NCBI RefSeq assembly: GCF_963921235.1
Contig: NC_086128.1
Location: forward strand, 26,660,001 to 26,724,000
Length of the DNA: 64,000 bases
Direction: 5' to 3'
Origin: Mobula hypostoma
Lineage: Eukaryota
Shown here: in pieces, positions 60,214 to 64,000 of the stretch
Layout: each line of letters begins with the position of its first letter
How positions within the stretch are numbered: the first letter of the stretch is position 1
Made by a program: the position numbers and the translations under genes
Notes under the pieces: generated by a model
Told to the model about the DNA's origin: nothing
Databases searched by the model: none
What the model saw: only the letters and a program-made list of their open reading frames with translations

Positions 60214-63200
60214 TCAGCAGCAGTGTGTGTGTGAACGAGTCTATGCTTTTGAATGTGAACATAGGCATGAGTGTTTGAGTGTGTGTATGCATGCTTGTGA
60301 ACGTGCATATGGGTGTGTGTTTGTAAGCATGATTGAGTGTGTGTTACCTTGTGTTTGCTTGCAAGCATGAGAGTGTAAGTTTGTGTGACTGGGTGAATGT
60401 GTGTTTCTCTGAATAGGTGAAATTTCAGTTATTTATTGGAATGGCAATAGTACGGTGGAAATTTTCAGCCCTGCTTAGAATCAGGAAATGCTCCAGTCCA
60501 CAAGCCTGCATTACAAGCTTTCCTAGCAGCTCTGCACTCTGTTCACAGCCCTGCACGATTCACTCCCTCCAAAAGCTCATCCCACAGGCAGGGCGTCACA
60601 ATTCCCAGCCAGTTACCACGGGGAGACTGCGGGGCTCCCTCACTCTCTGGATCCTCACCAACTGCTTTAAAAGTGCTGAGTCTGAGTTTGGCCTATGGGT
60701 GAGATTCCTGACAGGAATCAAGTGACATGCAGGGCTGCTACAGAAACTGCTTTGTCTGTGAAAAACTGCTGGCAGGAGGCAGGCATTGAAAGGATCTTTC
60801 GCCCAGTGCAGAGTGATTGCCTGGAGGCTGCTTGCTGCCAGATTACACTCACAGCAGCAGCAAGACCTCACCCCACCCAGCACTGGCACAGTGTGCCCAT
60901 GCACATGAAAAAAAATCACACACGCAACAATGCATGTGCTTCAGTGCATCCACCAGTGCAATCACACATGGATGCAACAACACCAGCGTGCAGTGTGCAT
61001 GCATGTGCTCTCGTGCATTCACCAGTACACGTATGCACAGGGCATCGATACCAGTACCTATAACACAAGCATGTGCTCCAGTGCATTTGTCAGCACACGC
61101 ATGCCAACATTGCAATGCATTCACAGATAAGGAAGGCATCATGCACATGCACGACAATGCAACAGTGCATGCATATGCACACACATGCTACATTCACATA
61201 GCACATACAATGCACACTTGTAGTCAGGTCTGTACACATAAAGCACATGAGTATATGGGGAGTGAGGGCAGGGGGAATGCTGAAAGGAGATCGTGGAGAG
61301 AAAGGAGGGGATCAGGGCCCAACGATGAGGAACTTGGAAGGGCTGAGGCTGTTCACATGATCACAAGAGGCGGAGGTGGCGATTGATTGAAAATGGCTGG
61401 GGATTTAGAGTGAGGGTGCATGAGGGAATTCAGAAGGGCAGGAGTAGGAGACAGTTGTGGAGAGTTGGAAAGGCAGTCAGGTAAAGGGGAGGAATCTGCC
61501 TGCAGTGAGTCACTGGGATCCAGCAATCACAACCTACGAGGGCAGTGGAGTCAGAATGAGAATCTGGTTTAATATCACTGACATATGTTGTGAAATTTGT
61601 AGTTTTGCAGCAGCAGTACATAAAAATACTGTAAATTACAGTTAGAAATCTGTAAAAAATAATTAGTGCAAAAAGAGCAAATAGTGAGGTTGAAAAATTC
61701 TGATGTTGGAGGGGAAGAAGCTGTTCCTAAAATGTTAAGTGTATCTTCCAGCTCCTTTACTTCCTCACCAATGGAGTAATGAAAGAGGGCATATCCTGGT
61801 TGGTGAGGGTCCTTAATGATGGGTGCCGCCTTCTTGAGGCTCCGGCTGTTGAAGATGCCCTCGATGGTGGGAGGGATGTGCCTGTGATAGGACTGGCTGA
61901 GTTCACAGCTGTCCTGAGCTTTTTACAATCCAGTGCATTGGAGCCCCCATTCCAGAAGGTGATGCATCTGCAGAAAACTGACATGAGGTTTTGGGAAAGA
62001 CAACCAGGAGAGGGGTGAATGTCCATGAGAGGTCATTAGTACCTTGGCTGGGGAGGAGAGAAGCAGAATGAAAGGTGGAAATTCAGTGAGGGGGAGCGGA
62101 GAGAAAGGTGACGCAGTGGGAAGGTGAGGAGAGGGAGAGCCGAGGGAGAACTGGACTTTGGGAAAGGCGGTACCAAGGAAGCACCATGCAGAAAGAAGAG
62201 AGATGCCAACAGAGTGCCATACTGTGGGAAAGGCACTTGTAATACGGGAGAGACCCTCCAGGCTGTGGGAGAGGATGATGGAGAGTGTCCTTGGGCTTTG
62301 AGAGGGGATTCAATAGGTGGCATTGAGTCAGCGATGAGGGAAGGGAGTGTCCGTGGGCCGTGGGATGGTATTCAGTGGGTGGGGAGAGCCCATGGCTGGG
62401 ATGAGTGGCAAGGGATTAAAGGCCTGAGCTGTGAATAACAATTCCTTTGTAATCCCTCAAACCCCAGTCCTCACCATTTACCAGATCTCTTTCTGGAAAG
62501 CACTGTGCTGACCTGGGTTTACTTTGCTAATTAGATGTGTGGCTGACGTAAAATCCAATTAATTTAAAAGCCTCCTGCAGCTCCAGCCCTGAATCAATGA
62601 GGTCTCCCTGGCTTCCATCAATCCATTCCCTCAACCCCCCCCCATCTCTCTCTCTCACTTCATTTCACTCTCACACTCTGCCTCTGTCTTTCTCACTTTA
62701 GATCTGTCTCGTTCTTTCTGTCCCTCTCTTTCTTTCTTTCTCCTCCCACTCTTTGCCCGCAGTCTCCCAATCTATATCCCTCTCCCACTCTATCTCCGTC
62801 ACTCCCAATCTCTCTCTCCCCCCTTTCCCTCCCTCTCTCTTACACACACACACACACCTGGCCAGATGGCCCCCACTCACAGCCAGCCCGTTTACCTTGT
62901 CCCTTGGCTCGGCCTGGTTCCTGGGGGGCCAGGAGTGCACCCTGGCCGACACACCGCCGGCGGATAGCTCGTAGGGGTTCGGGGGCAGGAGGTGCGATCA
63001 GGGGCCTCTGCTTCTGTCACCATCACCGGCTGGCCTCGCTCCTAGCGTCTGGGCCTGCACACATGCACATTTCCCTCCCCTCCATCTTTCTCCATTACTT
63101 TATCCGTTTGGACAAAGGAATTGGAATTGGTTTATTTTGTGAGTTTATTATTGTCACACATACTGACGTACAGTGAAAAGTTTGTCTTTCATACTGTTCA

Positions 63201-64000
63201 TACAAACAAAATCATTACACAGCGTACTGAGGCAGTACAAGGTAAAACAACAGAATGCAGAATGAAGTGTCACGGTTACAGGGAAAGTGCAGTGCAGGTG
63301 GACAGTAAGGTGAGGTAGATTGTGAGGTCAAGAATGCATTTTATAATACTGGGGAATGACTCAACAGTCTTACAACAGCGGGTTAGAATCTGTCCCTGAG
63401 CCTGGTGGGACATGTTTTCAGGGTTTTGTATCTCCTGCCCGATGGAAGAGGGGAGAACAGATTTGCCTGGGCTGCAGTCCACAGATCAGGAAAATAAAAT
63501 GAGGGCCCTTCTGACAAATGGGGATTAATGAAATCCCAGAGGAACTGAAAAAGAATACTTTGTCACAAACAGAGACTACAGCAACTGCTCAGCAAGTCAG
63601 TCAGCATCTGAGGGGAGAAAAAAACAGCTGATATTTGGGGTAGAGGTTCCAGAGAAGTGAGGAAAAGACTGAGTTTCTCCCTGTCGGAAGGGAGATAGAT
63701 GGGGAGGATAGAGGGAGTGTCCAGCCACAGGTATCGTCACTCTCAGTGTCTATAATTCCCTGATAATCTCCTCATGGCACGTGAGGTCATCTCCTATGCT
63801 CACACAAACTGACAGAGCCTGTAATCAGGATCAGGTTTGTAAGCACCAATTTATACCAAGGGAATTTTGTTGTTTTGCAGCAGCAGGACAATGCAAAGAC
63901 TTACAATTTTATAAATTACAGTGCAAAGAAAAGAAAAATGATCGTCTGCAGCCTCCTGTGATCCTGTGCATTGAAGCCTCCATACCATGCTCTGCTTCAA

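Noticed and set aside
59940-61260. His/Cys/Thr-rich ORFs
   Set aside because: Degenerate (TG)n/(CA)n low-complexity sequence spanning an N gap
54720-64000. FMNL3 or NCKAP5L exons expected from human synteny
   Set aside because: No peptide I could match to either protein

Overview
Repeat-dense vertebrate genomic DNA, most likely a cartilaginous fish (inferred from CR1/HER1-like LINEs, an HE1/V-SINE-like element, Penelope-like and Rex1/Babar fragments). Three genes were reconstructed by hand. (1) CCNT1 exon 1 (- strand, 13121-13293), followed by a U12-type intron >13 kb that runs off the left edge. (2) A complete KANSL2 (+ strand, 9 coding exons, 20954 to ~35650, ~467 aa) with a U12 intron (32281-32491) and an intronic SNORA2-family H/ACA snoRNA (34665-34801). 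(3) A complete TMBIM6/Bax inhibitor-1 (- strand, 9 coding exons, 46191-37197, 239 aa; first exon ~54.4-54.6 kb). CCNT1 and KANSL2 share a divergent CpG-island promoter; KANSL2 and TMBIM6 are convergent with poly(A) signals ~470 bp apart. The most striking non-genic signal is a family of minimal type-I hammerhead ribozyme motifs carried by Penelope-like repeats, including one with a fully intact core in sense orientation inside TMBIM6 intron 1. Also present: nested retroelement insertions with visible TSDs, a palindromic mariner-like MITE, a Tc1 relic, two ~40-bp minisatellites, a 149-N gap and unidentified exon-like segments at 59.7-63 kb. Homology calls come from recall of the human proteins/RNAs, not from searches; repeat boundaries are approximate.
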